NCBI GenBank assembly: GCA_949286215.1
Contig: CASDYX010000001.1
Coordinates: forward strand, 8,530 to 72,529
Source: an uncultured Pseudomonadota bacterium
GTDB lineage: Bacteria; Pseudomonadota; Alphaproteobacteria; RF32; CAG-239
Direction of reading: 5' to 3'
Length of the DNA stretch: 64,000 nucleotides
Each line of letters starts with the position of its first letter. Position 1 is the stretch's first letter. Made by a program: the position numbers and the translations under genes. The notes below the pieces were generated by a model. The model made no database searches and was not told where the DNA came from. It saw only the letters and a program-made list of their open reading frames with translations. Below, piece by piece: positions 41,625-51,106 of this stretch.

Positions 41625-42734
41625 ATGGGTTTTAATTGCGGAATTGTCGGCTTGCCTAATGTTGGTAAATCTACATTGTTTAATGCTTTGACGCAGACTA
41701 TTGCGGCTCAGGCGGCCAATTTTCCTTTTTGTACGATTGAACCAAATACCGGTCGTGTGGCTGTGCCTGATCCGAGATTGGATAAATTGGCTGAAATCGT
41801 TAAGCCCAGAATGGTTACCCCTACTCAGTTGGAATTTGTGGATATTGCCGGTTTGGTTAAAGGTGCTTCCAAGGGCGAGGGTTTAGGCAATCAGTTCTTG
41901 GCTAATATTCGTGAAGTTGATGCAATTATCCATGTTTTGAGATGTTTTGAAAACGATAATATTACTCACGTTGAAGGCTCAGTTGACCCTATTCGCGATG
42001 CAGAAATCGTAGAAACAGAATTGATGATTGCCGATTTGGAATCTTTGGAAAAACGCTATGACCAAGTGCAGAAAAAAGCTAAGAGCGGTGAAAAAGAATC
42101 CGTTTTAAGAGAATCGGTCATGCGTCCAGTGATTGAGGCTTTGAAGGCTGGAAAACCGGCTCGGACGGCTGCGCCTGACCCCACAAATAAAGATGCCTGC
42201 AAAGAATATAAAATGTTGCAGCTTTTAACGGCTAAGCCGGTGCTCTATGTTTGCAATGTAGATGAAGAATCGGCTGCAACAGGTAATAAGTTCTCCGATA
42301 TGGTGATGACTAAGGCTGAAGCTGAAGGGGCAAGTGCGGTTATTATTTCAGCCGAAATCGAATCGGAAGTGGCTCAACTCGAATCCGAAGATGAGAAAAA
42401 AGAATTTTTGCAATCGCTTGGTTTGGAAGAAACCGGTTTGGCAAAGATTATTCGTGCCGGATATAAACTTTTGGGACTCGAAACCTATTTTACTGCCGGA
42501 CCGAAAGAAGTGCGTGCTTGGACGTTTTTGAAAGGCTCAAAAGCACCGGTTTGTGCCGGAATTATTCACTCAGATTTTGAGAGAGGTTTTATTCGAGCTG
42601 AGACAATCTCTTATGATGATTTTGTGAAATATGGCAGTGAACAAGCCTGCAAAGATGCCGGAAAAATGCGCTCTGAGGGCAAGGATTATGTCGTTAAAGA
42701 CGGCGATATGATGAATTTCTTGTTTAACGTTTAA
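41625..42734 (+). CDS. ychF: Redox-regulated ATPase YchF
   Basis: [37 protein letters not shown]. Confidence 0.97.
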   Translation: MGFNCGIVGLPNVGKSTLFNALTQTIAAQAANFPFCTIEPNTGRVAVPDPRLDKLAEIVKPRMVTPTQLEFVDIAGLVKGASKGEGLGNQFLANIREVDAIIHVLRCFENDNITHVEGSVDPIRDAEIVETELMIADLESLEKRYDQVQKKAKSGEKESVLRESVMRPVIEALKAGKPARTAAPDPTNKDACKEYKMLQLLTAKPVLYVCNVDEESAATGNKFSDMVMTKAEAEGASAVIISAEIESEVAQLESEDEKKEFLQSLGLEETGLAKIIRAGYKLLGLETYFTAGPKEVRAWTFLKGSKAPVCAGIIHSDFERGFIRAETISYDDFVKYGSEQACKDAGKMRSEGKDYVVKDGDMMNFLFNV

Positions 42735-42833
42735 TTCGCAAAAAAATACTTTTAGACAAAAAGTTGACAGCGTCGGTATTTTGTGCTATATACCGCGTAA
42801 ATATTTTATTATTTTAATTAAAATTTATAAATT

Positions 42834-43349
42834 ATGTGCAAAAAGACAGAGGAACTGGTTGCGAACCAGTTCGAAAAATTAACTGGAATTGAAGGTAATA
42901 GTGCTGAAATTATGAACTTAGAGGTTTATGCCCGAAAGCGTGAATCTCTGAAACAAATGCTTCGGCAGGTGTTGCCGGATTTGAGAATATCTACCAGCCT
43001 TGGCTTGGTAAAGGTTTCAGATTTTGCTGCTTATGTTGAGCGGCAGGAAGAAAAAAAGGAAACCTTTTTCCAAAAAGGCTTGGCGATTGTTCGCGATGTA
43101 ACGGGAAAAGAATACGGGTTAGATGATGACTTGTATTCGGAGTTAAGACCTGATGAGGCTACTCATGGTACAAATGAGTATCTCTCTCAGCAGTGTCGGT
43201 ATTTTATCAAAACCAACAAAGTCTTTCAGGCTTTGTCTATTGGTTTGAAAGGTGAAAAGCGGGCTTATTATCCGCCGACATCTTTACTGGAAAAAGCAAA
43301 GAACATTAGAGAAATAATTGACCTTTATTATCGTAGAGGTCGGTTCTAA
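42834..43349 (+). CDS. Hypothetical protein (possible tandem ACP-like fold)
   Basis: ORF with TTGACA-17-TATATA promoter and downstream terminator. Confidence 0.65.
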   Translation: MCKKTEELVANQFEKLTGIEGNSAEIMNLEVYARKRESLKQMLRQVLPDLRISTSLGLVKVSDFAAYVERQEEKKETFFQKGLAIVRDVTGKEYGLDDDLYSELRPDEATHGTNEYLSQQCRYFIKTNKVFQALSIGLKGEKRAYYPPTSLLEKAKNIREIIDLYYRRGRF

Positions 43350-43364
43350 TCTAAAACTTAGAGA

Positions 43365-43402
43365 AGAACGGAGTTTGTTTTGAGGACAAGCTCCGTTTTT
43401 TT
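43365..43402 (+). terminator. Intrinsic terminator
   Basis: aacggagtttgt/acaagctccgtt followed by Ts. Confidence 0.75.
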
Positions 43403-43470
43403 GTTTTTTGCTTGCGAGAGAAGCGCTTTTGCGCTACAACTCATAAAAACTTTTATGAGAGGATAAGATT

Positions 43471-43947
43471 ATGCGTTTGGCACTGTTTCAACCTGATATT
43501 CCGCAAAATACGGGTACACTCTTGCGCTTGGGTGCTTGTTTGGATGTGGAACTCGATATTATTGAGCCTTGTGGTTATATTTTTTCAGAAAAAACGCTGA
43601 AACGTGCCGGTATGGATTATTTGCATTTGGTGAAATACAGACGCCATAAATCTTGGGAGCATTTTTTGCAATATCGTGCCGAACATCCGGATGAGTATGG
43701 ACGAATCGTGCTTTTGACAACGCATGCAACAGAGCCATATTATAATTTCAAATTTCAACCTAATGACATTATCTTAATGGGGCGCGAATCGGCCGGTGTT
43801 CCCGAAGAAGTTCATCACACCGCAGATGCTCGTCTTCTTATTCCGATGAATGAAAATGCGCGCTCGATTAACGTTGCCGTATCGGCGGTGATGGTGGTGG
43901 GGGAGTGTTTGCGCCAAACGGGCGGATTTCCCTCTGCGGCAAAATAA
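43471..43947 (+). CDS. trmL: tRNA (cytidine/uridine34-2'-O)-methyltransferase
   Basis: QPDIPQNTG, KRAGMDY, GRESAGVP, RSINVA. Confidence 0.9.
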   Translation: MRLALFQPDIPQNTGTLLRLGACLDVELDIIEPCGYIFSEKTLKRAGMDYLHLVKYRRHKSWEHFLQYRAEHPDEYGRIVLLTTHATEPYYNFKFQPNDIILMGRESAGVPEEVHHTADARLLIPMNENARSINVAVSAVMVVGECLRQTGGFPSAAK

Positions 43948-44096
43948 GGCAGATTTCGCGTGTCAAAGAAATACTCATGTACTAATCGGGTACACTCCGT
44001 TTTCTTTGCACTAAAATCTTATTCTTTTGCGCACATATGAAAATCCGGGCGGATTTCCCTTGGAGATAAAATAATACAGATTTCGCGTGTCAAAGA
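43919..44096. repeat. RPE-like palindromic element (copy 2) with partial tandem duplication, 127-bp period
   Basis: Hairpin 43923-44047 with core ctcatgtac-taatcgg-gtacactccg; direct repeats cgggcggatttccct (43919, 44046) and cagatttcgcgtgtcaaaga (43950, 44077). Confidence 0.8.
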
Positions 44097-44185
44097 TATT
44101 CCTTGCTTATTGATTTCTCTGATTTTTTGTGTTAGGTAAAAGCAAAATTTGTTATTTTGTTTTTATCATTTTAATTTCAATTTTT

Positions 44186-44971
44186 ATGAAACAGTATTTG
44201 GATTTGTTATCAGATATCATGGAAAATGGTATTGATAAAATGGATCGTACGGGTGTTGGGACTCGAAGTGTTTTCGGAAGACAGTTGCGGTTTGATTTGA
44301 CCAAAGGTTTTCCTTTGTTGACCACCAAAAAGCTCTATACCAGAGCAATTATTCACGAATTGTTATGGTTCCTCAAAGGAGATACAAACATCAAATATCT
44401 CCATGACAACAAGGTGACAATTTGGGACGAATGGGCTGATGAAAACGGAGATTTGGGGCCGGTGTATGGTGCGCAATGGCGTAATTGGAACGGTGATGGA
44501 ATCGACCAAATTGCCGATTTGGTAAAAAGGCTTAAAACCAATCCTAATGACAGGCGTATGATTGTTTCGGCTTGGAATCCTTCGCAGTTGGCAGAAATGC
44601 ACTTGCCGCCTTGCCATATGATGTTTCAGTGCTATGTGGCGGAAGGGCGTTTGTCTTTGATGCTTTATCAGCGAAGTTGTGATTGTTTCTTAGGCGTGCC
44701 TTTTAATATCGCGTCTTATTCTTTATTGACGATGATGTTGGCTCAGGTATGTGGTTTACAGGCTTATGAATTTATTCATACCTTTGGAGATACGCATATC
44801 TACTTGAACCACTTCAATCAAGTCAAAGAACAGCTCACGCGTGAGCCGAGAGAGCTTCCTCAGATGAGGCTTAATCCCGATGTAAAAAATTTGGAGGATT
44901 TTAGGTATGAGGATTTTTGTTTGGAAAACTATAATCCTTGGCCGTCAATCAAAGCACCAGTTGCGGTGTAA
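44186..44971 (+). CDS. thyA: Thymidylate synthase (likely start 44186)
   Basis: [26 protein letters not shown]. Confidence 0.95.
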   Translation: MKQYLDLLSDIMENGIDKMDRTGVGTRSVFGRQLRFDLTKGFPLLTTKKLYTRAIIHELLWFLKGDTNIKYLHDNKVTIWDEWADENGDLGPVYGAQWRNWNGDGIDQIADLVKRLKTNPNDRRMIVSAWNPSQLAEMHLPPCHMMFQCYVAEGRLSLMLYQRSCDCFLGVPFNIASYSLLTMMLAQVCGLQAYEFIHTFGDTHIYLNHFNQVKEQLTREPRELPQMRLNPDVKNLEDFRYEDFCLENYNPWPSIKAPVAV

Positions 44972-44979
44972 ACTCTAAA

Positions 44980-45016
44980 AAAAACAGCCCTTTGCAAGTG
45001 CAGAGCGGCTGTTTTA
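44980..45016 (+). terminator. Intrinsic terminator
   Basis: aaaacagcc...ggctgtttt. Confidence 0.65.
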
Positions 45017-45143
45017 ATTTTTTTTGACAAAATTTTATATTTTTAGACTAGATTTAAGCTTAAAAATGTGGTATAGTCCTGTTCGTAATTGGGACAATGT
45101 TGTTCTTTTCCATTAATTTCAGATATTTTGATAGGACAGATAA

Positions 45144-45650
45144 ATGATTAAAAAAACTTCATCTGCTATTGCTTTTAACTCTGGTGATTTTGTTGTTTAC
45201 CCGGCTCATGGGGTTGGTAAAGTATCCGATATCTCAAAACAAAAAATTGCCGGTTCAGAGCTGGAATTAATTGTGGTTAATTTTGCTAAAGATAAAATGA
45301 CTTTGCGTATTCCGATGGCTAAGGTCGAATCAGTCGGATTACGTAAAATCTCTGAGGCTTCTACCATGAGCGATGCTTTGAATGTATTGAAGGGAAAAGC
45401 TAAAGTTAAGAAAGTTATGTGGTCTCGCAGGGCGCAGGAATATGAAAATAAAATTAATTCCGGAAACCCGGTTGCTGTCGCTGAAGTCGTTCGTGACTTG
45501 TATCGTAGTGAAAATTTGGCAGAACAATCTTACAGTGAACGACAAATTTATGAGCAAGCTTTAGACCGTTTGGCCAGTGAGGTTGCCGTTTGTGATAATA
45601 CAAGCACTGAAGAAGCTACAAAGAAATTGCTTTCTATCTTAGCTAAATAA
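45144..45650 (+). CDS. carD: CarD family transcriptional regulator
   Basis: VVYPAHGVG, WSRRAQEY, SYSERQ. Confidence 0.92.
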   Translation: MIKKTSSAIAFNSGDFVVYPAHGVGKVSDISKQKIAGSELELIVVNFAKDKMTLRIPMAKVESVGLRKISEASTMSDALNVLKGKAKVKKVMWSRRAQEYENKINSGNPVAVAEVVRDLYRSENLAEQSYSERQIYEQALDRLASEVAVCDNTSTEEATKKLLSILAK

Positions 45651-45669
45651 TTTTTGTATGACTTGAGAT

Positions 45670-45701
45670 AAAAGGTCGGGATTTGAATTCCCGACCTTTT
45701 T
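45670..45701 (+). terminator. Intrinsic terminator
   Basis: aaaaggtcggga/tcccgacctttt. Confidence 0.85.
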
Positions 45702-45867
45702 GTTGTTGGCGACTCCAGAGATGAAGAAATTTGGGCTTTGCAAGCCTTTTTTTGCCTTTAAAGATATGTGGGGATAATACTGTGAACAAGTAAAGACTCA
45801 AATTGCGAATCAGCTAAGAGAAATTTATTAATAAATTATTAATTAATTATAAACGGGAGTTAGGTCC

Positions 45868-46278
45868 ATGTTTAGTGAAATTGAGCCGGTTGAGGCTTCT
45901 GCCGAGGATATTGTTATCAGAGCTTGTCCGACTTTGGTGGAAGAAAATCAAAATAAGCAAGAGTTTTTGTGGGGGTATTATTTCTGTATTGAAAATAACT
46001 CTTCGCAAAGAGTACAGCTACTTGGCAAAAATTGGAATATTACCGATGATAAAGGGAATCGCTTTTGTGATGATTCTCTTGGGTTTAAGGGTGAAATTCC
46101 AATGCTTGAACCCGGTGAATTTTTTGAGTTTACAAGTATGGCTCCGTTGAGCTCCCCAAATGCAGTGTTTTACGGAAGTTGCAAAATTCAAAAAGAAGGG
46201 CAAAAGGAATCGCAAGATATTAAAATCCCGACTTTTATGATGTCTGTTAATGAGCCTGTTTCAGCTCACTTAAATTAA
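45868..46278 (+). CDS. apaG: ApaG-domain protein (divergent)
   Basis: YYFCIEN, QLLGKNWNITD, PMLEPGEFFEFTS, IPTF. Confidence 0.75.
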   Translation: MFSEIEPVEASAEDIVIRACPTLVEENQNKQEFLWGYYFCIENNSSQRVQLLGKNWNITDDKGNRFCDDSLGFKGEIPMLEPGEFFEFTSMAPLSSPNAVFYGSCKIQKEGQKESQDIKIPTFMMSVNEPVSAHLN

Positions 46279-46312
46279 AAAAAACTCCGGAGGTTGTCCG
46301 GAGTTTTTTTTT
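46277..46312. terminator. Bidirectional terminator
   Basis: aaaaaaactccgga/tccggagttttttt. Confidence 0.85.
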
Positions 46313-46922
46313 AGTATTCTTGGATGTAATCGCTGTTTTCAACATACATATTTAAGTATTGATGAACGTTTTTCTCCATACGGACATTAAATTCATCAAA
46401 CAGTTTTCTTACCATGTTGTTCCAATATTTTTCTTTTTCCGAAATATCGTAGTCTGCCGGAATTTTGAGCTCCCTCCAAGCTTGAATTTCGGTTTCGGCG
46501 TTGGAAAGTTTTTGCGGGTCGCTGATGCGAATAACAACATTTAAGTTAGCGCGATAAACCATGCGGTCGCTTTCAAAAACTTTGTCCGTGGTTTCAAGTT
46601 CTTCAGTGACGCTTGCGTCTTTAATGATGAATTGTGCAACTTTGTCGGATGAAAAATCAACAGCCTCTAAACGGTCATGAGCCCAGTTGCGAGCGGATTT
46701 TTCAATAGAAATCGGGAAGAGGTGTTCGACATTCGGACGACGAAATGTCGGTGTGAATTCCGAAATTACTTCTACTTTGTTGACTTTTAATTTTATCGGG
46801 CTTTGATTTTCAAAGCGTACATCGCTATAGCGGTTGGGTTCTTCCGGGGTGCCAAATAATGCGCAACCGGCACTCATGCCAAGTACGCATAAGGCTAAGA
46901 AAATTTTATTTAACTTTTTCAT
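46311..46922 (-). CDS. Conserved hypothetical lipoprotein (likely start 46922)
   Basis: MKK...SAG-C lipobox; WAHDRL and IIKDASV motifs. Confidence 0.7.
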   Translation of the reverse strand: MKKLNKIFLALCVLGMSAGCALFGTPEEPNRYSDVRFENQSPIKLKVNKVEVISEFTPTFRRPNVEHLFPISIEKSARNWAHDRLEAVDFSSDKVAQFIIKDASVTEELETTDKVFESDRMVYRANLNVVIRISDPQKLSNAETEIQAWRELKIPADYDISEKEKYWNNMVRKLFDEFNVRMEKNVHQYLNMYVENSDYIQEY

Positions 46923-47090
46923 TTTACGACTTCCTAAAGTTATTTTTAGCTTAATATACAAGCGGAAGTTTAATATATGCTTAATGCATAGAAAAAAGGC
47001 AGGGTTTACCTGCCTCGGAGAAAGAAAAATTTATCACTTCTTTTATTCTATCTTATTTTTAGATTTTTCACTAGTATTTTTTTTATATTT

Positions 47091-48014
47091 TTAGTGAGAA
47101 ATTAATTCTCCTTTATCAAAGCTGTAAACTGTGCCGCAGAAGTGGCAAGTCGCCGTGATTTTGTTGTTTTCACACATGTCTTCAATATCTTTGGCGCTCA
47201 TGGCGTGTAAGGTATTAAACAGCTTCTCCCGGCTGCAACGACACCCAAAATGATATTCTTTTATATTACTTAAGCGGAGGTCGTTGGCGTGGAAAAGGCG
47301 ATGCAATATCTCTTCATCAGATAAATTATCGTCAAATACTTCTTCACGTTTTAGGCTTTGAGCCAAAATCGTGGCTTCTTTCCAAGCTTCATCCAAAGTT
47401 TCGGTGTCAGAAGAAATTTTACCGCCATTGTCAGGCAATTTTTGCAGCAAAATTCCCGCAGCTTTCCACTTCTTATTGGTTTCGCTGGGAGCTTGTAAAA
47501 ATAGTTGAAGGTAGGTCTCAATTTGCTCAGATTGCTTGAAATAGCGGAGAGCACATTCACTCAAGGTTTTACCTTGAAGGTCAACTATTCCTTGGTATAA
47601 GTCGGTTTTTGAGCCTTGGTCAACCGTGAAAGCGAGGTGTCCGCCTCCCATGTAGTGAGGAGCTTCCAATAACTCGGTTTCGTCAGCTTTTCTTAAGGCA
47701 AGAGATTTTTTTAATGCTTCTTGGTTGAAATTGGCACAGGCTCTGATAAGCCCTTGGGAAGAAACATCAACGACAACCATGCTGACCGGACCGTTGGTTT
47801 GGGTTTGGAGGGTAAACAATCCGTCATACTTAATGGTGCTGGATAAAAGTGCGCCTAAAGCCGTGCTCTCGGCAACAACGCCTGAAACCTGTAATGGGTA
47901 TTGGTGTTTGGAGAGTATGGTATTGATGACTTCGTCTAAACGAACTAATCGTCCCATGAAGGCTCCGTTGTCAATGTGAAAAGATGTGCACTTATCAAAA
48001 TTATTGTTAACCAC
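47091..48014 (-). CDS. hslO: Hsp33 redox-regulated chaperone
   Basis: YQGIV, YFKQSEQ, CRCSRE...CHFC zinc motif. Confidence 0.92.
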   Translation of the reverse strand: MVNNNFDKCTSFHIDNGAFMGRLVRLDEVINTILSKHQYPLQVSGVVAESTALGALLSSTIKYDGLFTLQTQTNGPVSMVVVDVSSQGLIRACANFNQEALKKSLALRKADETELLEAPHYMGGGHLAFTVDQGSKTDLYQGIVDLQGKTLSECALRYFKQSEQIETYLQLFLQAPSETNKKWKAAGILLQKLPDNGGKISSDTETLDEAWKEATILAQSLKREEVFDDNLSDEEILHRLFHANDLRLSNIKEYHFGCRCSREKLFNTLHAMSAKDIEDMCENNKITATCHFCGTVYSFDKGELISH

Positions 48015-48075
48015 CGTTTTTTTCCTTTATATACTTAGTTTAACTTAGCTTAGATGTAGTATATTTTAGAGGATT

Positions 48076-48636
48076 TTGCAAGTGTTGGAAGATGAAATCA
48101 AAAAAATAAAGACCAGAGCTCCTAAAAAAATTACCAAGCAAAGGCTCAAAAATATTGCCTTGTATTATTTGGAACGTTTTGAATCTTCCGTTGACAATTT
48201 AAGACAAGTTTTGATGCGTCGTGTGAATGATTATGCTTATTCTAACCCTGATTTTGATAAGTCGGAGGCTCTTGCTTGGATTGAAGAAATTTTGAGCGAC
48301 TGTGAAAGATATGGCTATATTTCCGATGCTCGTTTTGCCGAAATGAAAATTAAAGATTATTTGGCAGCAGGAAAGTCGGCACGATATATTAAATTGAAAT
48401 TGTTGCAAAAAGGAATAGAAGAATCTTTAATCGAAAATTTATTGCAAGAGCAAGAATATAATCCTGAAGAATTGGCTCTGAATTTGGCAAAAAAGAAAAA
48501 AATCGGCCCATTCAGAAAAAATGATGAGGAGCGAAGAGAATATCGCCAAAAAGATTTAGCAACGCTTGTACGAGCCGGTTTTGATTATGATGTGGCACAG
48601 CGTGTATTGGAAAAAGAAGTTTTTGATACCTTTTGA
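48076..48636 (+). CDS. recX: Regulatory protein RecX
   Basis: ALYYLERF, GYISDARFA, GKSARYI..KL.QKGI, RAGF. Confidence 0.85.
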   Translation: MQVLEDEIKKIKTRAPKKITKQRLKNIALYYLERFESSVDNLRQVLMRRVNDYAYSNPDFDKSEALAWIEEILSDCERYGYISDARFAEMKIKDYLAAGKSARYIKLKLLQKGIEESLIENLLQEQEYNPEELALNLAKKKKIGPFRKNDEERREYRQKDLATLVRAGFDYDVAQRVLEKEVFDTF

Positions 48637-48702
48637 TTGTTGACAAAATTTTGCGAAAAATGTAAACTCTTTTTGTTTTTAGCTTAAATTAAAGAGTTTT
48701 TT

Positions 48703-49974
48703 ATGCAGCAAGTTGTTATTCAAGATATTGCTAATGGAATTAATCGCCGTTTTGTTACTCCTAGACGGTTGAACGCTTTGTTTTTGAGCCGGGTAATGGC
48801 TGATGGTGAAACAATGCGTAACTTGATTCATGGCTGTTCTGCGGCGGTAGATGATATTATGAAGGCTTTGATTGCCTATTATGAAAATCATGATGCGGAA
48901 AAACTTATTGAAAAGATTGATAAACTCTCTTTGGATTATCCGTCTATTACTTTTTGTAAAGAAAGAAAAGAAGATTGTGATAGGGTTTCTTCTCAGCCAA
49001 CAAAGCCCGAATTAGATGAAATGAAGCGTTTGGCTGAATATTCAGCTTCTCAGCCGGATAAGTTTTGGGAAGACGAACGTCTTTATGAAAAAGCGGCTAT
49101 CTTTGCAGCCTATTACGGAGATTTCTTTTATTATAACAATGAGGGGCACTATATTGTTGATGAAACAAAACCAATTGTGATTTATGAAAACAAACAGCCC
49201 TTTACTTTATATGATAATACATATCGGGAAAGTCATTGGCTAGATTTGTCCCGTTATGATGAAAAACATACTCTGGAAATTCAAGATGAATTTGCGGCTC
49301 CTTTTTTGAAAAGAAAATATGTCGGAGAAAGCGTTATTGATGTGTTGCGGAAAACCGTAAGTATGCAAAAAATGGCAACCTATCAACGTCCTCATACCGG
49401 AGATGATGCCTTGGATAAGGTTTGCGGTGAAATTTATGACGATGAAAGGCTCTCTGCTCCGAAATTTGTGAAAGCAGTAACCCTTCTTAATCGGCATTTG
49501 TTGTCAGCATTAAAAGGTGAAAAGCGTCTTGGAAATGAGGATTATAATACGGCGGCCATGTTGGTTGATAAGGCTCCGCAATATTTTGCAAAAATTGATT
49601 ACCCGCAACAATTCGGTTTTTATAAAAGTGATGCCGGACAAGAATTGTTAAAATTTTCGTTTATGACAACTTTTACAAATCAACAAAAGTTTGATGAGCA
49701 AGTAATGAATAGCTATTTGTCTCGGGTTAAAGATGCTGGACATTGGATGAACGGGCAACATTTAATGACCAAAATGATTGTTGCTAATACCAATAATTTG
49801 GGCGGAATTAACCGAGGATTGTTGGATCTTAATTTGATACGTCCGCGCCCGAAAGAGTTTTACGGAATGAAATCTCCCAGATTTTTACGAGCAATTAATG
49901 ACTATTACGACCAAGATTTAGCGCGAATGAATTACGCGCAATTGGCTTTGTCTGAAAAAAACAAATCTATTTAA
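48703..49974 (+). CDS. Hypothetical protein (423 aa)
   Basis: Long ORF preceded by TTGACA-17-TAAACT; no recognisable motif. Confidence 0.7.
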   Translation: MQQVVIQDIANGINRRFVTPRRLNALFLSRVMADGETMRNLIHGCSAAVDDIMKALIAYYENHDAEKLIEKIDKLSLDYPSITFCKERKEDCDRVSSQPTKPELDEMKRLAEYSASQPDKFWEDERLYEKAAIFAAYYGDFFYYNNEGHYIVDETKPIVIYENKQPFTLYDNTYRESHWLDLSRYDEKHTLEIQDEFAAPFLKRKYVGESVIDVLRKTVSMQKMATYQRPHTGDDALDKVCGEIYDDERLSAPKFVKAVTLLNRHLLSALKGEKRLGNEDYNTAAMLVDKAPQYFAKIDYPQQFGFYKSDAGQELLKFSFMTTFTNQQKFDEQVMNSYLSRVKDAGHWMNGQHLMTKMIVANTNNLGGINRGLLDLNLIRPRPKEFYGMKSPRFLRAINDYYDQDLARMNYAQLALSEKNKSI

Positions 49975-51035
49975 TACATCACCTTAGTTAAATATAAACC
50001 GCAGGCAGGGGCATTGACACCGGCGGCAGAGCGCCTCTTTTCTTCTAAGATACGTTTGATGTCTTCAGGTTCAAGGTGACCATCGCCAACCATTTTTAAG
50101 GTGCCGACCATGTTGCGGACTTGGTGGTGTAAAAATGAGCGGGCTTCGACAATAAAGTGGATTTCTTCACCATGGACTTCAATATCTAATTTATCTAAAG
50201 TTTTTATCGGGGATTTGGCTTGACACGCTGCAGCGCGAAATGAGCTGAAGTCATGATGACCAATAAGATATTTGGCTCCTTGGCGCATTTTTTCAACATC
50301 CAAAGGCACCGGGACCCACCAAACGCGGTTCTTTTCTAAAATTGCCGGAGCGCGGCGGTTGAGAATTCGATATAAATAGCCTCTTCCCTTGGCGCTAAAG
50401 CGGGCATGAAAATCAAGTCCGACTTTTTCAACGCTTATGACGCTGACCGGAGCTTCCATATCGCGTAAACGTGCGTTCATGGCCTCACGCAATTTCCAAT
50501 CAACCAAGTCTTCTTTTAGGTCAAAATGTGCAACCTGAGATGTGGAATGGACGCCTGCATCAGTTCTTCCTGCACCGAAAACAACGATTTTATTGGACTT
50601 CTGGAGGCGTTCTCCGGTGCTCGCGTCCTCACGTACGTCATTGTACGCTGCGGGGCTGCGCTCCGTGGAAGCACCACCATAAGCCTCACTAAAATCGTTG
50701 TTGGATAAATTTGAATTGGACTTCTGGAGGTGCTCTCTGGTGCTCGCGTCCTCATGTACGTCATTGTACGCTGCGGGGCTGCGCTCCGTGGAAGCACCAC
50801 TATAAGCCTCACTAAAATCGTTGTTGGATAAATTTGAATTGGACTTCTGGAGGCGTTCTCCGGTGCTCGCGTCCTCATTCTCTTCTTCTGCGGCGAATAC
50901 TTCATTTGTTTCTTCTGCCGGAGTAAAGCAACTCAAGGCTCTTTGCAGATAGTCTTGGACTGAAGGGCCATCAAGTTGTTCTTGCCAGCCGAGAAGATTG
51001 GTTCCGTCATATTCTATTGTGATTTTGTAGCGCAT
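49971..51035 (-). CDS. truA: tRNA pseudouridine(38-40) synthase with ~110-aa in-frame repeat insertion
   Basis: IEYDGT..GWQ, GAGRTDAGVH, FHARF, HDFSSFR, FLHHQVR, APACGL. Confidence 0.92.
   Translation of the reverse strand: MRYKITIEYDGTNLLGWQEQLDGPSVQDYLQRALSCFTPAEETNEVFAAEEENEDASTGERLQKSNSNLSNNDFSEAYSGASTERSPAAYNDVHEDASTREHLQKSNSNLSNNDFSEAYGGASTERSPAAYNDVREDASTGERLQKSNKIVVFGAGRTDAGVHSTSQVAHFDLKEDLVDWKLREAMNARLRDMEAPVSVISVEKVGLDFHARFSAKGRGYLYRILNRRAPAILEKNRVWWVPVPLDVEKMRQGAKYLIGHHDFSSFRAAACQAKSPIKTLDKLDIEVHGEEIHFIVEARSFLHHQVRNMVGTLKMVGDGHLEPEDIKRILEEKRRSAAGVNAPACGLYLTKVMY
50592..50878. repeat. In-frame tandem RPE-1-like palindromic element (copy 3): 2 x 123 bp plus ~41 bp
   Basis: Units start at 50592, 50715 and 50838; the two full units differ at 5 positions; core ctcacgtac-gtcatt-gtacgctgcgg; peptide STERSPAAYNDVREDASTG. 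Confidence 0.9.
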
Positions 51036-51050
51036 TTGTTTTCCAGATAA

Positions 51051-51078
51051 ATCAATAGGGGCTGTTTGCCCCTATTGA
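51051..51078 (-). terminator. Hairpin (terminator-like) between the gfo gene and truA
   Basis: tcaataggggc/gcccctattga perfect stem. Confidence 0.6.
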
Positions 51079-51106
51079 TAACTTAATTTTAGAGATTAAT
51101 CAAGAA

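Noticed and set aside
45767..45850. DnaA-box-like 9-mers (tggggataa, tgtgaacaa) plus an AT-rich stretch as a possible oriC
   Set aside because: Only two mismatched boxes, and the G/T-rich + strand bias looks the same on both sides by eye.
50592..50878. CRISPR array interpretation of the truA repeats
   Set aside because: The whole 123-bp unit repeats with no unique spacers, it is in frame within a gene, and there are no cas genes.
50516..50905. Alternative-frame ORFs over the truA insert, and an intein or intron interpretation
   Set aside because: The extra ORFs reflect the stop-poor palindrome; there are no intein C/S...HN termini and no recognisable intron structure.
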